Under the pieces are notes generated by a model, which ran no database searches, had not been told where the DNA came from, and worked only from the letters and a program-made list of their open reading frames with translations. Of a DNA stretch of 64,000 nucleotides, positions 1 through 13,418 are shown piece by piece. The position numbers and the translations under genes are program-made. The DNA is from Vicinamibacterales bacterium (GTDB taxonomy: Bacteria > Acidobacteriota > Vicinamibacteria > Vicinamibacterales > UBA2999). Location: assembly GCA_050247355.1 (NCBI GenBank), contig JBFWUK010000006.1:46593-110592 (forward strand), in the 5' to 3' direction. Numbering within the stretch: position 1 is the first letter of the stretch; each line of letters starts with the position of its first letter.

Positions 1-585
1 AACCCCGATCGCATCCAGCCGTTCTTCGACGTCGAAGCGGAGACCCGGGTGCGGGTGCCCGGACAGACCTACCGCGTGACCATGCGCATGGCCGGCACGA
101 CCGAGCGGCTCCAGCCCCAGTTCACCTCCGACCCGCCGCTGCAGACCCTCGACATCGTGTCGTTGCTGTTCAGCGACCAGGCTCCGAGCGGCGACATGGA
201 GTTGGCCGCGCTGCAGCGCCCCAACGAGCGCGAGCAGCGGCTGGTCGAGGCGCGGGCCACCCGGGCGCTGACCGGCGCGTTGTCGGACGAGGTCGGCCGC
301 GTGGTCGAGCAGACGTTCGGCGTCGACACTTTCCAGATCACGCCGCTCTTGAGCGACCCGTACCAGTTTTCCTCGCGCGTCAACCTGAACCCGACCGCGC
401 GGGTCACCATCGGCAAGCGGATCTCGAGCCGCATCTTCCTGACCTACGCGCGCAGCCTGTCATCGGCCGATCACGACGAGATCATCCTGCTGGAGTTCGA
501 CGAGAGCGACACCCTGGCGTGGGTCCTGTCGCAGAACGAAGACCGGACCTACGCCCTCGAAGTCCGCAAGAGGCACACCTTCTGA
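1..585 (+). CDS. tamB: Translocation/assembly module TamB-family protein, C-terminal part (5' truncated by window)
   Basis: Open frame from base 1 (NPDRIQPFFDVEAETRV...). TamB-like C-terminal features: FTSDPPL, RVTIGKRIS, amphipathic beta strands ending in F. Its TGA overlaps the ATG of the Omp85 gene. Confidence 0.8.
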   Translation, partial: NPDRIQPFFDVEAETRVRVPGQTYRVTMRMAGTTERLQPQFTSDPPLQTLDIVSLLFSDQAPSGDMELAALQRPNEREQRLVEARATRALTGALSDEVGRVVEQTFGVDTFQITPLLSDPYQFSSRVNLNPTARVTIGKRISSRIFLTYARSLSSADHDEIILLEFDESDTLAWVLSQNEDRTYALEVRKRHTF

Positions 586-3518
586 TGCGGATGCCGATGT
601 TCCTGGCCGCACTGCTGCTGGTGGCCGCCCCCGGAGCCGTGCGCGCCGGGCAGTACCTGGGACAGACCGTGGCCGACGTGCGGGTCGAGGTGTCGGGCGT
701 GGCGCTCGCCGACCCGGCGGTGATCGAGCTGGTCGAGACCCGCATCGGTGAGCCGCTGACCATGCTCAAGGTCCGCGCCACGATCGATCACCTGGTCGGC
801 CTGGGCCGGTTCGAGGACGTGCGCGTCTTCGCCGCGCCATCGGACCAGGGGGTGATCGTCCGCTGGTCGCTCACGCCGGTCCGGCGGATTGGCAGGATCG
901 AGATCGAGGGCGACGCGCGGTTGCCCGAGTCGGCGGTCCGCACCGAGCTGGCCGACCGCTTCGGCAGGGAGCCGTCGGCGAACCGGGTGCCCGAGATGGT
1001 GGCCGAGCTCGAGGTCTACTACGCGGACCGCGGCTTCCGGCAGGCATCGATCCTGCCGCGCCTCGAATCAGACGATTCGCAGCCGGAGCTGGTCACCCTG
1101 ATCGTGACCGTGAACGCGGGCGCGCAGGCGTCGATTCGCGAGGCGACGATCGCGACCACGCCGCTGGTGTCCGAGGCGGAAGTGCGGCAGCGGCTTGGCC
1201 TGCAGGACGGGCGGCCCTTCGACCGCGCGGCGCTCGATGCGCAGGTCGCCGAGCTCGAAGAGGACCTGCGCGGGCGCGGCTACTACGAGGCCCGGGTTCG
1301 CCAGTCCCACGACTTCTCGGTCGACGGCGCGGCGGTCGATCTGCAAGTCGAGGTCGAGCCGGGCCCGCACGTGCGGGTGGTCTTTACCGGCGATCCGCTC
1401 GAAGGCGATGCCGAGGCGCTGGTGCCGATCAGCGAAGAACGATCGGCCGACCAGGACCTGCTCGAAGACGCCAGCCGGCGGATCGAGGATGCCCTTCGCC
1501 GCGAGGGCTACCGCGCCGCGCAGGCGCCGTACGAGCGCCGCCAGGACGGCGACGAAGTCGTGGTTACCTTTACCGTCACGCGAGGTCCGCTGCACCGCGT
1601 CAGCGCGGTCGAGGTGACCGGCCTGTCGAGCCTGACCCGCGCCGTTCTCGCGCCCCTGCTGCTGGTGAGAACGGGCGAGGCCTTCGTCGAGGCTCGTGTC
1701 GGCGCCGTGGCCGCTGCGATTGCCGAGTTGTACCGGGTTCGCGGTTTCACCCAGGCTGCCGTCAAGCCTGCCATCCAGGTCTTGCCGGAGGAAAGCCGCG
1801 GCGGCACGGCTTTCCGTCCGGTCGAGGTTCGCTTCGACGTCGAAGAGGGACCGCAGACCATGGTGTCGGGCGTGACCTTCGAGGGGCTGACCGCCATTAC
1901 CCCGGCGCAACTCGCCAGTCGGATGGCGCTGGCGGCCGGGCGGCCGTTCTACCGTCCGCAACTGGCCGCCGATCGCGAAGCCCTGCAGCGGGCGTATCGC
2001 AACCTCGGCTACCAGGCCGCGTCGGTGATTTCACAACTGGCGTTTTCGGACGAACAGCGGCGCGTGGCCGTGACCTGGACCGTCGCCGAGGGACCGCAAA
2101 TCCTCGTCGACCGGGTGTTGATCAAAGGTAACCAGCGCACCGGCATCGACCTGATTCGACGGGAACTCACCATCACCAGCGGCAGCCCGATGAGCGACGA
2201 TGCCTTGATCGAGAGCCAGCGGCAGTTGGCCGCCACCGGGCTGTTCCGGCGGGTGCGGGTGAGCGAACTGCCGCGCACCGGTTCAAACACCCGTGACGTG
2301 CTGGTGGACCTCGAAGAGGCGCCGGCGACGACCATCAGTTACGGCGGCGGCCTCGAGGTGGGACGGATCGGCGAACAGGATGACGACGGCCAGGCCGGCG
2401 ACGCGCTCGACATCGCGCCTCGCGGTTTCTTCGACGTCAGCCGCCGCAACCTGTGGGGCAAGAACCGGTCGGTGACGTTCTTTGCCCGCGTCACCCTGCG
2501 CAAGACCGACTCCGAGGACACCCCCGACCAGCGCAGCTACGGGCTCAACGACTATCGCGGGCTGTTCACCTTCCGCGAGCCGCGCGCGTTCGGTACGGCC
2601 GGCGACGCGCAGTTCAGCGCCTTCGTCGAGCAGGGCCTGCGCACCAGCTTCGACTTCAACCGCAAGGGTGTGACCGCCGACTACGCCAGGCGCTTCGGCT
2701 CGCTCCGCGCCACCGCCCGCTACACCTTCGACTACACCAAGCTGTTCAACGAGGAGATTGCCGAGGAGTCGCAACTCGACATCGATCGGCTGTTTCCCCA
2801 GATCAAGCTGTCGAAGATCTTTGCCTCGGTCTTGCGCGACTCGCGCGACGACGTGCTCGACCCGCAGCAGGGAGCGGTGCTGGGCGTCGATGCGTCGGTG
2901 GCGGCCAAGGCACTGGGATCCGAAGTCGGGTTCCTGAAGACGTTCGGCCAGGCCTTCGTCTACCGGCGCCTGCCCGGCCGCGGCTTCGTGATCGCCGCGG
3001 GCGCTCGCCTGGGCCTGGCGATCGGCTTCCCGCAGGACCTGCCGCAGGTGATCGAGATTGCCGCCATCCCGAAAGGCCCGATTGCCCGCGGCGAGACCCG
3101 TGCGGTGGGATTCCCGACGGTGATTCGCGAACTGCCCGCCAGCGAGCGCTTCTTTGCCGGCGGCGACACCACGGTGCGTGGCTTCGCGCTCGATCGCCTG
3201 GGCACCGCCGAGACCCTCGACCCGCGGGGGTTCCCGCAGGGCGGCAATGGCCTGGCGGTTTTCAACCTCGAGGCGCGCGCGCCGTACTGGAAGAACCTGC
3301 AGTTCGTCTGGTTCGCCGACGCCGGCAACGTCTTCAAGACCGCGTCGGACATCGCCCTGGACGAATTGCGGGTGAGCAGCGGCATTGGCTTCCGCTACCG
3401 ATCGCCGATTGGCCCGCTGCGGGTTGACTGGGGCTTCAAAGTCAGCACCCGGCTGCTGCTGAGCGGCGGCCGCGAGCGGTCGAACGTGCTGCACATTTCC
3501 CTGGGGCAGGCCTTCTGA
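585..3518 (+). CDS. Omp85-family outer membrane assembly factor (BamA/TamA-like) with about 7 POTRA repeats
   Basis: Signal peptide; repeated POTRA-type segments; RNLWG, FFAGGDTTVRGF, GIGFRYRSPIGPLRVDWG; ends LGQAF. Start placed at ATG 585 (TGATG overlap). Confidence 0.9.
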   Translation: MRMPMFLAALLLVAAPGAVRAGQYLGQTVADVRVEVSGVALADPAVIELVETRIGEPLTMLKVRATIDHLVGLGRFEDVRVFAAPSDQGVIVRWSLTPVRRIGRIEIEGDARLPESAVRTELADRFGREPSANRVPEMVAELEVYYADRGFRQASILPRLESDDSQPELVTLIVTVNAGAQASIREATIATTPLVSEAEVRQRLGLQDGRPFDRAALDAQVAELEEDLRGRGYYEARVRQSHDFSVDGAAVDLQVEVEPGPHVRVVFTGDPLEGDAEALVPISEERSADQDLLEDASRRIEDALRREGYRAAQAPYERRQDGDEVVVTFTVTRGPLHRVSAVEVTGLSSLTRAVLAPLLLVRTGEAFVEARVGAVAAAIAELYRVRGFTQAAVKPAIQVLPEESRGGTAFRPVEVRFDVEEGPQTMVSGVTFEGLTAITPAQLASRMALAAGRPFYRPQLAADREALQRAYRNLGYQAASVISQLAFSDEQRRVAVTWTVAEGPQILVDRVLIKGNQRTGIDLIRRELTITSGSPMSDDALIESQRQLAATGLFRRVRVSELPRTGSNTRDVLVDLEEAPATTISYGGGLEVGRIGEQDDDGQAGDALDIAPRGFFDVSRRNLWGKNRSVTFFARVTLRKTDSEDTPDQRSYGLNDYRGLFTFREPRAFGTAGDAQFSAFVEQGLRTSFDFNRKGVTADYARRFGSLRATARYTFDYTKLFNEEIAEESQLDIDRLFPQIKLSKIFASVLRDSRDDVLDPQQGAVLGVDASVAAKALGSEVGFLKTFGQAFVYRRLPGRGFVIAAGARLGLAIGFPQDLPQVIEIAAIPKGPIARGETRAVGFPTVIRELPASERFFAGGDTTVRGFALDRLGTAETLDPRGFPQGGNGLAVFNLEARAPYWKNLQFVWFADAGNVFKTASDIALDELRVSSGIGFRYRSPIGPLRVDWGFKVSTRLLLSGGRERSNVLHISLGQAF

Positions 3519-4138
3519 TGCGTCGCCTCGTCTGGCTACTGTTCGTGGCGTGGCTGGCGCCGGCCAGCCCGGCACTGGCGCAGGGCGAACTTCTCGAGCG
3601 CACGCTCGCTATTGTCGGCACCCAGGCGATCACGCTCAGCGACGCGCGCGCCGCGATCCGGCTGGGCTTGATCGCCGCCGACCGCGACGCCGACCCGGTC
3701 TCGGTGACGCAGGCGCTGGTCGATCGCGAATTGATCCTGCGCGAGGTGCAGCGCTACGCGCCGCCGGCACCGGCCGAGAGTGCCGTCGAGGCGCGGCTCG
3801 ACGAGATCCGCCGGCGGTTGCCGGGGGCCGGCGCGCTGGCGCGGGCGCTCGACGAGACCGGCTTCACCGAGGTCCGCTTGCGCGCCTGGATTCGCGACGA
3901 TTTGCGCTCGGTGGCCTACCTGGCGCAGCGGTTCGCCTCGGCCAGCACGCCCACCGACAGCGAGATCTCGACCGCCTTCACGCAGCAGCGCGCCGAGTTC
4001 GAGCGCGCGGGAACGACGTTCGAGCAGGCCGCGCCGCTGATCCGGGAACGCCTGGTGGCGTCACGCCGCCGCGAGTTGATCGCCGACTGGGTCTCGGACC
4101 TGCGCCGCCGCACCGAGGTGACGATCCTCGCTCGCTAG
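3518..4138 (+). CDS. SurA N-terminal-domain-like periplasmic chaperone
   Basis: Signal peptide; LERTLAIVG..ITLSD, LVDRELIL, and C-terminal WVSDLRRRTEV pattern; coupled to the Omp85 gene; no parvulin domain seen. Confidence 0.65.
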   Translation: MRRLVWLLFVAWLAPASPALAQGELLERTLAIVGTQAITLSDARAAIRLGLIAADRDADPVSVTQALVDRELILREVQRYAPPAPAESAVEARLDEIRRRLPGAGALARALDETGFTEVRLRAWIRDDLRSVAYLAQRFASASTPTDSEISTAFTQQRAEFERAGTTFEQAAPLIRERLVASRRRELIADWVSDLRRRTEVTILAR

Positions 4139-4174
4139 GGCACGGTTGAGCCGGCGCCGGCGACCTCGGCCAGG

Positions 4175-4933
4175 TCAACGAAAGAATGCGCGGAGCAGCT
4201 CGCCGCTGTTGAACAGGCTGTGACTGACAATCGGGGCAATCGCACTGCCGCGGGTCAGGTAGATCGCGCCCCAGGCGGCGCCCAGCGCGCCGGTGAGAAT
4301 CGCGGCGTCCCACCCCTGCAAGGTATGCCCCAGCCCAAACGCAATACTGGTCACGACCAGCCCGGCGACGCCGCTACCGAGATCGTGGCGGAACCGGTGC
4401 AACAGGAAGGCACGCTGCAATTCTTCGCGCAGGCCGCCGGCGACGATCACGACAAATAGGAAAGTCCACAACCCGGCCTGCGTGCCGAGCAGCCCTTCGA
4501 GCGGATTCTCGGGCACGTTGTGCAGGAAGGGCAGAAAGGTCCGAATCAGGATCATGAGCGCCAGCACCATCGTCATCACCAGCGGTACTGAGAGCAGGCC
4601 GACCACGGCTTCCTGGCCGGCGTTACGGCGGCCGAGAAAGACATCGCGGGGTCGCTCGCCGTTGCGGACCAGCAACCACACGATCAGGCTGAGCAGCACG
4701 ACCGTATCGGCGAGCGACAGCGCGAAGACGAACCTGGCCGACAGCGCGCCGTCGCCGTTGAGCGGCGGGACGCCCACACTGTTCAGCACTTCGCCGAGTA
4801 CGATCTGCGTCGGATAGCCCGAGCAGATCAGGATCTCGGCCCATGCCCGAGCCGGGCGCACGCGCGTGACCAGCGGCTGTGGCGCCGGCGGCGAGGCCGC
4901 GGATTCGAAATCGGTTGGCGGGGAAGGCAGCAC
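4175..4933 (-). CDS. CPBP (CAAX/Abi) intramembrane glutamic endopeptidase
   Basis: Multiple TM helices; EELQRAF, FGLGH and HSLFN motifs. Confidence 0.85.
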   Translation of the reverse strand: MLPSPPTDFESAASPPAPQPLVTRVRPARAWAEILICSGYPTQIVLGEVLNSVGVPPLNGDGALSARFVFALSLADTVVLLSLIVWLLVRNGERPRDVFLGRRNAGQEAVVGLLSVPLVMTMVLALMILIRTFLPFLHNVPENPLEGLLGTQAGLWTFLFVVIVAGGLREELQRAFLLHRFRHDLGSGVAGLVVTSIAFGLGHTLQGWDAAILTGALGAAWGAIYLTRGSAIAPIVSHSLFNSGELLRAFFR

Positions 4934-4946
4934 GCTGGTTCGGTCT

Positions 4947-4970
4947 CCGTTCGACTACGCTCACGGCAAG
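4947..4970. repeat. REP-like palindrome CCGTTCGACTACGCTCACGG
   Basis: Imperfect palindrome between divergent genes; related to the copies at 44577-44666. Confidence 0.5.
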
Positions 4971-4998
4971 CGCTCCGGCCGATGGTACACTCGATCCA

Positions 4999-6414
<1,416 letters not shown>

Positions 6415-6504
6415 CGTCATGCCTGGCCTCCCAACCCGCCCTAGCGCTCGCACCTGCCTCAGCCCCCCTACCCGCCCCAGCCCTCCCGCCCGCCCACTCC
6501 CGTG

Positions 6505-7947
6505 ATGCGCTTCTCCATCAAGCAGAAGCAGGTTCTCGGCGTCACCGCCATGGTGGCGATGGTCGTCACCGCCCTCAGCCTGCTGCACCTCGTCAACCTG
6601 GCCGGCGTGCTCTTGCAGGAAAGCCGCGCCCGTGCCGAGTTGCTGGCCAACGGCGTCTACAACCAGGCCAAGGATGTCGTTACCAGTCGCGAGACGGCGT
6701 CCGGAGAGTTGCGGTCGAGCCGCAGCGTGTTGTCGGCGGTCGAGTCGGCCATCTACTCCCGGGACGTGGTCTATGCCGTGATCGTCGATGCGGCCGGCAC
6801 CGTGCTGGCGTCGAGCGATCCGGCGCAGGTGGGAACGACGGTGCCGGCTCGTGTCCCGCTGAACAACGTGCTCGCGGCCGGCGGCCTGTCGCAGTTGCGC
6901 GCGGTCTATGCCACCCAGCAAACGCTCGAGTGGAGCCAGCCGATTGCGCTCGGCGACGAGCCTTTCGGCGAGATTCGTATTGGCCTGTCCACGCTGCTGG
7001 TGCGCAACGATCTGAACGAGTCGCTGGCGCCGGCGGCGCTGGCCGCCGGTGTGTCGCTGCTGGTCGCGGTGCTGGTGGCCATGCTGCTGGCCCAGTTGGT
7101 GCTGCGGCCAATGCACGTGATTCGGAGCAGTCTGACCCGGCTCGGCCGCGGCGACCTGGGCGTGACGCTCGACCTGCGGGATGACGAGGAGCTGCGTGAG
7201 TTGGGGGACGTGTTCGACCGGGTCAGCGAGCAGTTGCGCGCCGCCTCGCGCGAGGACTTCAATCCCGCGCAGCTCACCAAGCTGGCGCGGCGCATCCAGA
7301 TCATGGGGCGGCAGTTTTCGGGCGTGCCGCACGAGTTGAAGAACCCCCTCAACGCGATGACGATTCACCTCGAGTTGCTGAAGCAGAAGCTGGCCAACGA
7401 CCCGGCGGTCTCGCACGTCGACGTCATTCGCCAGGAGGTGCGCCGCCTGGACGAGCGCGTCCAGGCGCTGATGCGGTTCGTGAAGCCCGAAGAGGTGACG
7501 TTCGCGCCGGTGCCGGTGGCGCCGCTGCTGGCGACCGTGCTGGCCGCGTTGCGGCCGGAGGCCGAGCGTGCGAACGTCACGATTTACCAGGACTGCGCCG
7601 ACCGCTCGCTGGTGGTCGAGGGTGACGCGGCGTTGTTGCGGGATGCGTTTCTCAACCTGGTGCAGAACGCCGTGCAGGCCATGCCCAAGGGCGGACGGCT
7701 GTCGCTGCGCTGCGAGCCGGTCGAAGACGGCCGCCGCATCCGCGTGCGCGTCGAAGATACAGGGGTGGGCATTCCGCCGGAGAACCTCGAGCGTATTTTC
7801 GAGTTGTACTTCACGACCAAGGAGAAAGGCACCGGCATGGGCCTGGCCCTGGTCTTCCGGACCATTCAGATTCATGACGGGACGATCGATGTTGAATCCA
7901 CGGTCGGGGTTGGGACTGCGTTCGTCGTGGTTCTGCCCGCGGCGTAG
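6505..7947 (+). CDS. Membrane sensor histidine kinase with HAMP domain
   Basis: Two TM segments, HAMP, HELKNPL H-box, NLVQNA, DTGVGI, FTTK, GTGMGL. Confidence 0.92.
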   Translation: MRFSIKQKQVLGVTAMVAMVVTALSLLHLVNLAGVLLQESRARAELLANGVYNQAKDVVTSRETASGELRSSRSVLSAVESAIYSRDVVYAVIVDAAGTVLASSDPAQVGTTVPARVPLNNVLAAGGLSQLRAVYATQQTLEWSQPIALGDEPFGEIRIGLSTLLVRNDLNESLAPAALAAGVSLLVAVLVAMLLAQLVLRPMHVIRSSLTRLGRGDLGVTLDLRDDEELRELGDVFDRVSEQLRAASREDFNPAQLTKLARRIQIMGRQFSGVPHELKNPLNAMTIHLELLKQKLANDPAVSHVDVIRQEVRRLDERVQALMRFVKPEEVTFAPVPVAPLLATVLAALRPEAERANVTIYQDCADRSLVVEGDAALLRDAFLNLVQNAVQAMPKGGRLSLRCEPVEDGRRIRVRVEDTGVGIPPENLERIFELYFTTKEKGTGMGLALVFRTIQIHDGTIDVESTVGVGTAFVVVLPAA

Positions 7948-7961
7948 AGCGTAGAATCGGG

Positions 7962-8507
7962 ATGATGAGGCCGGTCAGGCTGGTGTCCATCGTGCTGCTG
8001 ACCGCGACGCTCGGGGCGTGCGCGGCGAAGGCACAGGTGCGCACCGAGGTCGAGTTGCCGCTGCTCGATCCGCCACCGCCGCCGCCGCGGGTGGTGACCA
8101 GCTATCAGGACGAGCCGGAACCGCTGGCGATTGCCCCGGCCGCGGAAGCCGTGCCGGCGCGGCCGCCGGGGCGGCCGGCGCGGGCCGACGTGAAACCCGA
8201 CCCGCCGACGGCTCCGGAGCCTGCGGCCGATGCCGCCAGGCCCGCTGCGCCGATGTCGCTCACGCTCACGCCGTCGGCGGGCAGCGAAGCCCAGACCGCG
8301 GCTGCGATCCGCGAATTGATGGCCCGTGCGTCGCGCGACCTCGCCCGGGTCAATACGGCGGCGCTCTCGGCCGATGGCCGCGCCCAGGTCGAAGCCGCCC
8401 GGCGCTTCCTGCAGCAAGCCGACGATGCCCTCAAGGCGCGTAACGTGGTGTTTGCCGGCAAGCTTGCCGACAAGGCCGCGACGATGGCCGCCGTGCTCGT
8501 CCGCTAG
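7962..8507 (+). CDS. Lipoprotein with Pro-rich linker and helical C-terminal domain, function unknown
   Basis: Lipobox LGAC after a hydrophobic stretch; poly-Pro region. Confidence 0.7.
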   Translation: MMRPVRLVSIVLLTATLGACAAKAQVRTEVELPLLDPPPPPPRVVTSYQDEPEPLAIAPAAEAVPARPPGRPARADVKPDPPTAPEPAADAARPAAPMSLTLTPSAGSEAQTAAAIRELMARASRDLARVNTAALSADGRAQVEAARRFLQQADDALKARNVVFAGKLADKAATMAAVLVR

Positions 8508-8628
8508 GTTCCGACATCTAATCTTTAGTAGTCGCGGTTGCACACCCTTGCACCCCAGCCGTTGTTTACGTTGCCGAAAAACTTTCGTTAAGCGAAAATA
8601 TGGTGAATGAAAGTTTTTTGGCCTGTTT

Positions 8629-8676
8629 CCGCGAGATATTGCGGACGACCTAAAACAAAAACGCAATATGTAGTGG
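8629..8676 (+). promoter_or_regulatory. Tandem NrdR boxes
   Basis: CCGCGAGATATTGCGG (8629-8644) and ACGCAATATGTAGTGG (8661-8676) match acaCwAtATaTwGtgt. They start 32 bp apart, upstream of an RNR gene. Confidence 0.8.
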
Positions 8677-8684
8677 CTAAGTGC

Positions 8685-8713
8685 TTGACAACAAATAGTT
8701 ACAGGCGCATATT
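8685..8713 (+). promoter_or_regulatory. Candidate sigma70 promoter for nrdJ
   Basis: TTGACA-17 bp-CATATT in an AT-rich intergenic region. Confidence 0.5.
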
Positions 8714-8917
8714 TGGCTCCGCGCTCGAAGATGATTTTCAATCACCTGGCACCTCCCGGCGTCGGACGATTGGGACTGAATCGGAGCCGAGTTCGACAAC
8801 AAACAGAGCCGATTTAGAAACGTCAGACCGCGCGTACCAAACCAATTTAGAAGAAACGTTCGTTTAGATAGGGCGTCTGCCCCATGGGGAGGGGTGTCGC
8901 CGTTCGGAGGAAGAAGC

Positions 8918-11812
<2,895 letters not shown>

Positions 11813-11817
11813 TCCCT

Positions 11818-11940
11818 TAAACACGAAGGGCACGAAGAACACGAAGTCGATTTTGTTGGTGAGCAGGTTCGACTAGGCAAAGGCCAGGAGTGATCCTGGC
11901 CTTTTGTCTTCCAACAAGAGTCTTCGTGTTCTTCGTGTTA
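11818..11940. repeat. Nested inverted repeat between convergent genes (9 bp unit arms plus inner hairpin); possible bidirectional terminator
   Basis: CACGAAGAACACGAAG pairs with CTTCGTGTTCTTCGTG; inner hairpin AAAGGCCAGGA-GTGA-TCCTGGCCTTT. Confidence 0.8.
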
Positions 11941-12531
11941 TTTCTTTGGAAAGTTCTTGTGCGCCTTGACTTCCCTGATCTGCAGGATGTGCCGCTGCGA
12001 GTGGGTGGAGATCATCAGGAACCACTGATACAGGTCCTGGCTCGCGGTCAGGTACTGGCGGGCGCGCAGGTCGTCCTGGGACTCCTTCGCCAGCTTCAGC
12101 ATCTCCAGGCGCAGCTTCTTGAACGAGTCGTGGGCGGCCTTGAGGGTCGGGTACTGGCCGCGCGGCACGCGGGCCTCGCCGGTGGTGGTGCGCTGGGTGC
12201 GGTCGATGCCGTACCACAGCATCGCCACGTCGGTCGCCTGTGGCTTGAAGTTGGGCTGCACCGGCTTGGCCAGCGAGTCCTTGAAGCTTTGCCAGTACTG
12301 CGGCTCGGCAATCGCCAGGTGCATCACGACTTCTTCGACGCTCCAGCTCTCGGGCGTCATCTTGAACTTGAGCTGGGCCTCCGACAGGCCGAGCGTTTCG
12401 CTGTCGAGCCACGCCTCGGTCATCTCGAGGTGGGCGACCAGGCGCTGGCGCTCGCCGATGGTCATGGGGCCGGCCAGCGCAGGCACGGCGACGAACAACA
12501 GGCACAGAAGAGCGCTGACGGTTTGGCTCAT
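11938..12531 (-). CDS. Secreted DinB/YfiT-family protein
   Basis: Signal peptide; WSVEEVVMHL and HSQRHILQI histidine motifs. Confidence 0.85.
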   Translation of the reverse strand: MSQTVSALLCLLFVAVPALAGPMTIGERQRLVAHLEMTEAWLDSETLGLSEAQLKFKMTPESWSVEEVVMHLAIAEPQYWQSFKDSLAKPVQPNFKPQATDVAMLWYGIDRTQRTTTGEARVPRGQYPTLKAAHDSFKKLRLEMLKLAKESQDDLRARQYLTASQDLYQWFLMISTHSQRHILQIREVKAHKNFPKK

Positions 12532-12692
12532 AAGGACGCTACGATGAGAGTTGCGCGGTTATTCCGTCAACGGCGCAGGGACGAACCCACGAAAACGGAC
12601 CACCGGTGGCGGGCTGGGTGACACCAACCCATCGGGGAAACAGGCGGAGGCGAGCCCGGTCTTTGGACTATAGTCACCTCCGGACCGCCACA

Positions 12693-13388
12693 GTGCTTCG
12701 GGCCTTCTTCAGCCGACTCGGCATCTACTACAGCAAGCGCCAGTTCATGCTGCGCGGTATTGAATGGCTGTGGGATCTCGAGCGTGAATGTGGGGCCCAG
12801 ACACCACGCACCGTCATTGATGTCGGTGCGAACGTGGGTCAAACAACGCTGGCCGTGCTCCGGGCGTTCCCAACCGCCTCCGTGCATGCGTTCGAGCCGG
12901 TTCGCAGCACCTTCGACCTCCTGCACCAGGCCGTCGGCTGCGATCCGCGCGTGAGGTTGAATCACCAGGCCGTATCTGATCGGCCTGGCCTGGTGCACGT
13001 CCAGCTCGAAGCGGCGTCCGACATGAGTCACGTGGTGACGGGCGCCGCTGGCGGCGGCGTCGGTGTTGAGTCCGTGGCCGCGGTGACGCTCGACGGGTAC
13101 TGCGAACAACACGCCATCGCGCACATCGACATCCTGAAGTCAGACACTGAAGGCCACGATCTGCAAGTGTTGATGGGCGCCCGCGGCTTGCTCGACCAGG
13201 GTCGGATCGACTGGGTGTTCGTCGAGGTGACCTTCGACCCGCAAAACACCGCGAACTCGATGTTTGGACCAATCGATGACTGGCTGCGCCAGCACGGGAT
13301 GGCCGTATGGTGTTTCTACGACAACTCCTACGCCGAATCCGGCCGCTACCTCAAGTTCTGTAACGTCCTGTTTCGCCGGCGGCGCTGA
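12693..13388 (+). CDS. FkbM-family methyltransferase
   Basis: IDVGANVG, HAFEP, LKSDTEGHD; start uncertain. Confidence 0.85.
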   Translation: MLRAFFSRLGIYYSKRQFMLRGIEWLWDLERECGAQTPRTVIDVGANVGQTTLAVLRAFPTASVHAFEPVRSTFDLLHQAVGCDPRVRLNHQAVSDRPGLVHVQLEAASDMSHVVTGAAGGGVGVESVAAVTLDGYCEQHAIAHIDILKSDTEGHDLQVLMGARGLLDQGRIDWVFVEVTFDPQNTANSMFGPIDDWLRQHGMAVWCFYDNSYAESGRYLKFCNVLFRRRR

Positions 13389-13418
13389 GCCTCCTTCCTG
13401 TCTGGTAAGCTGGGGATC

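Noticed and set aside
8607..8867. 86 aa ORF upstream of nrdJ
   Set aside because: It overlaps the NrdR boxes and the promoter, has atypical codon usage and shows no recognisable motif.
8714..8917. Cobalamin riboswitch before the B12-dependent nrdJ
   Set aside because: No B12-box or other conserved core elements were recognised.
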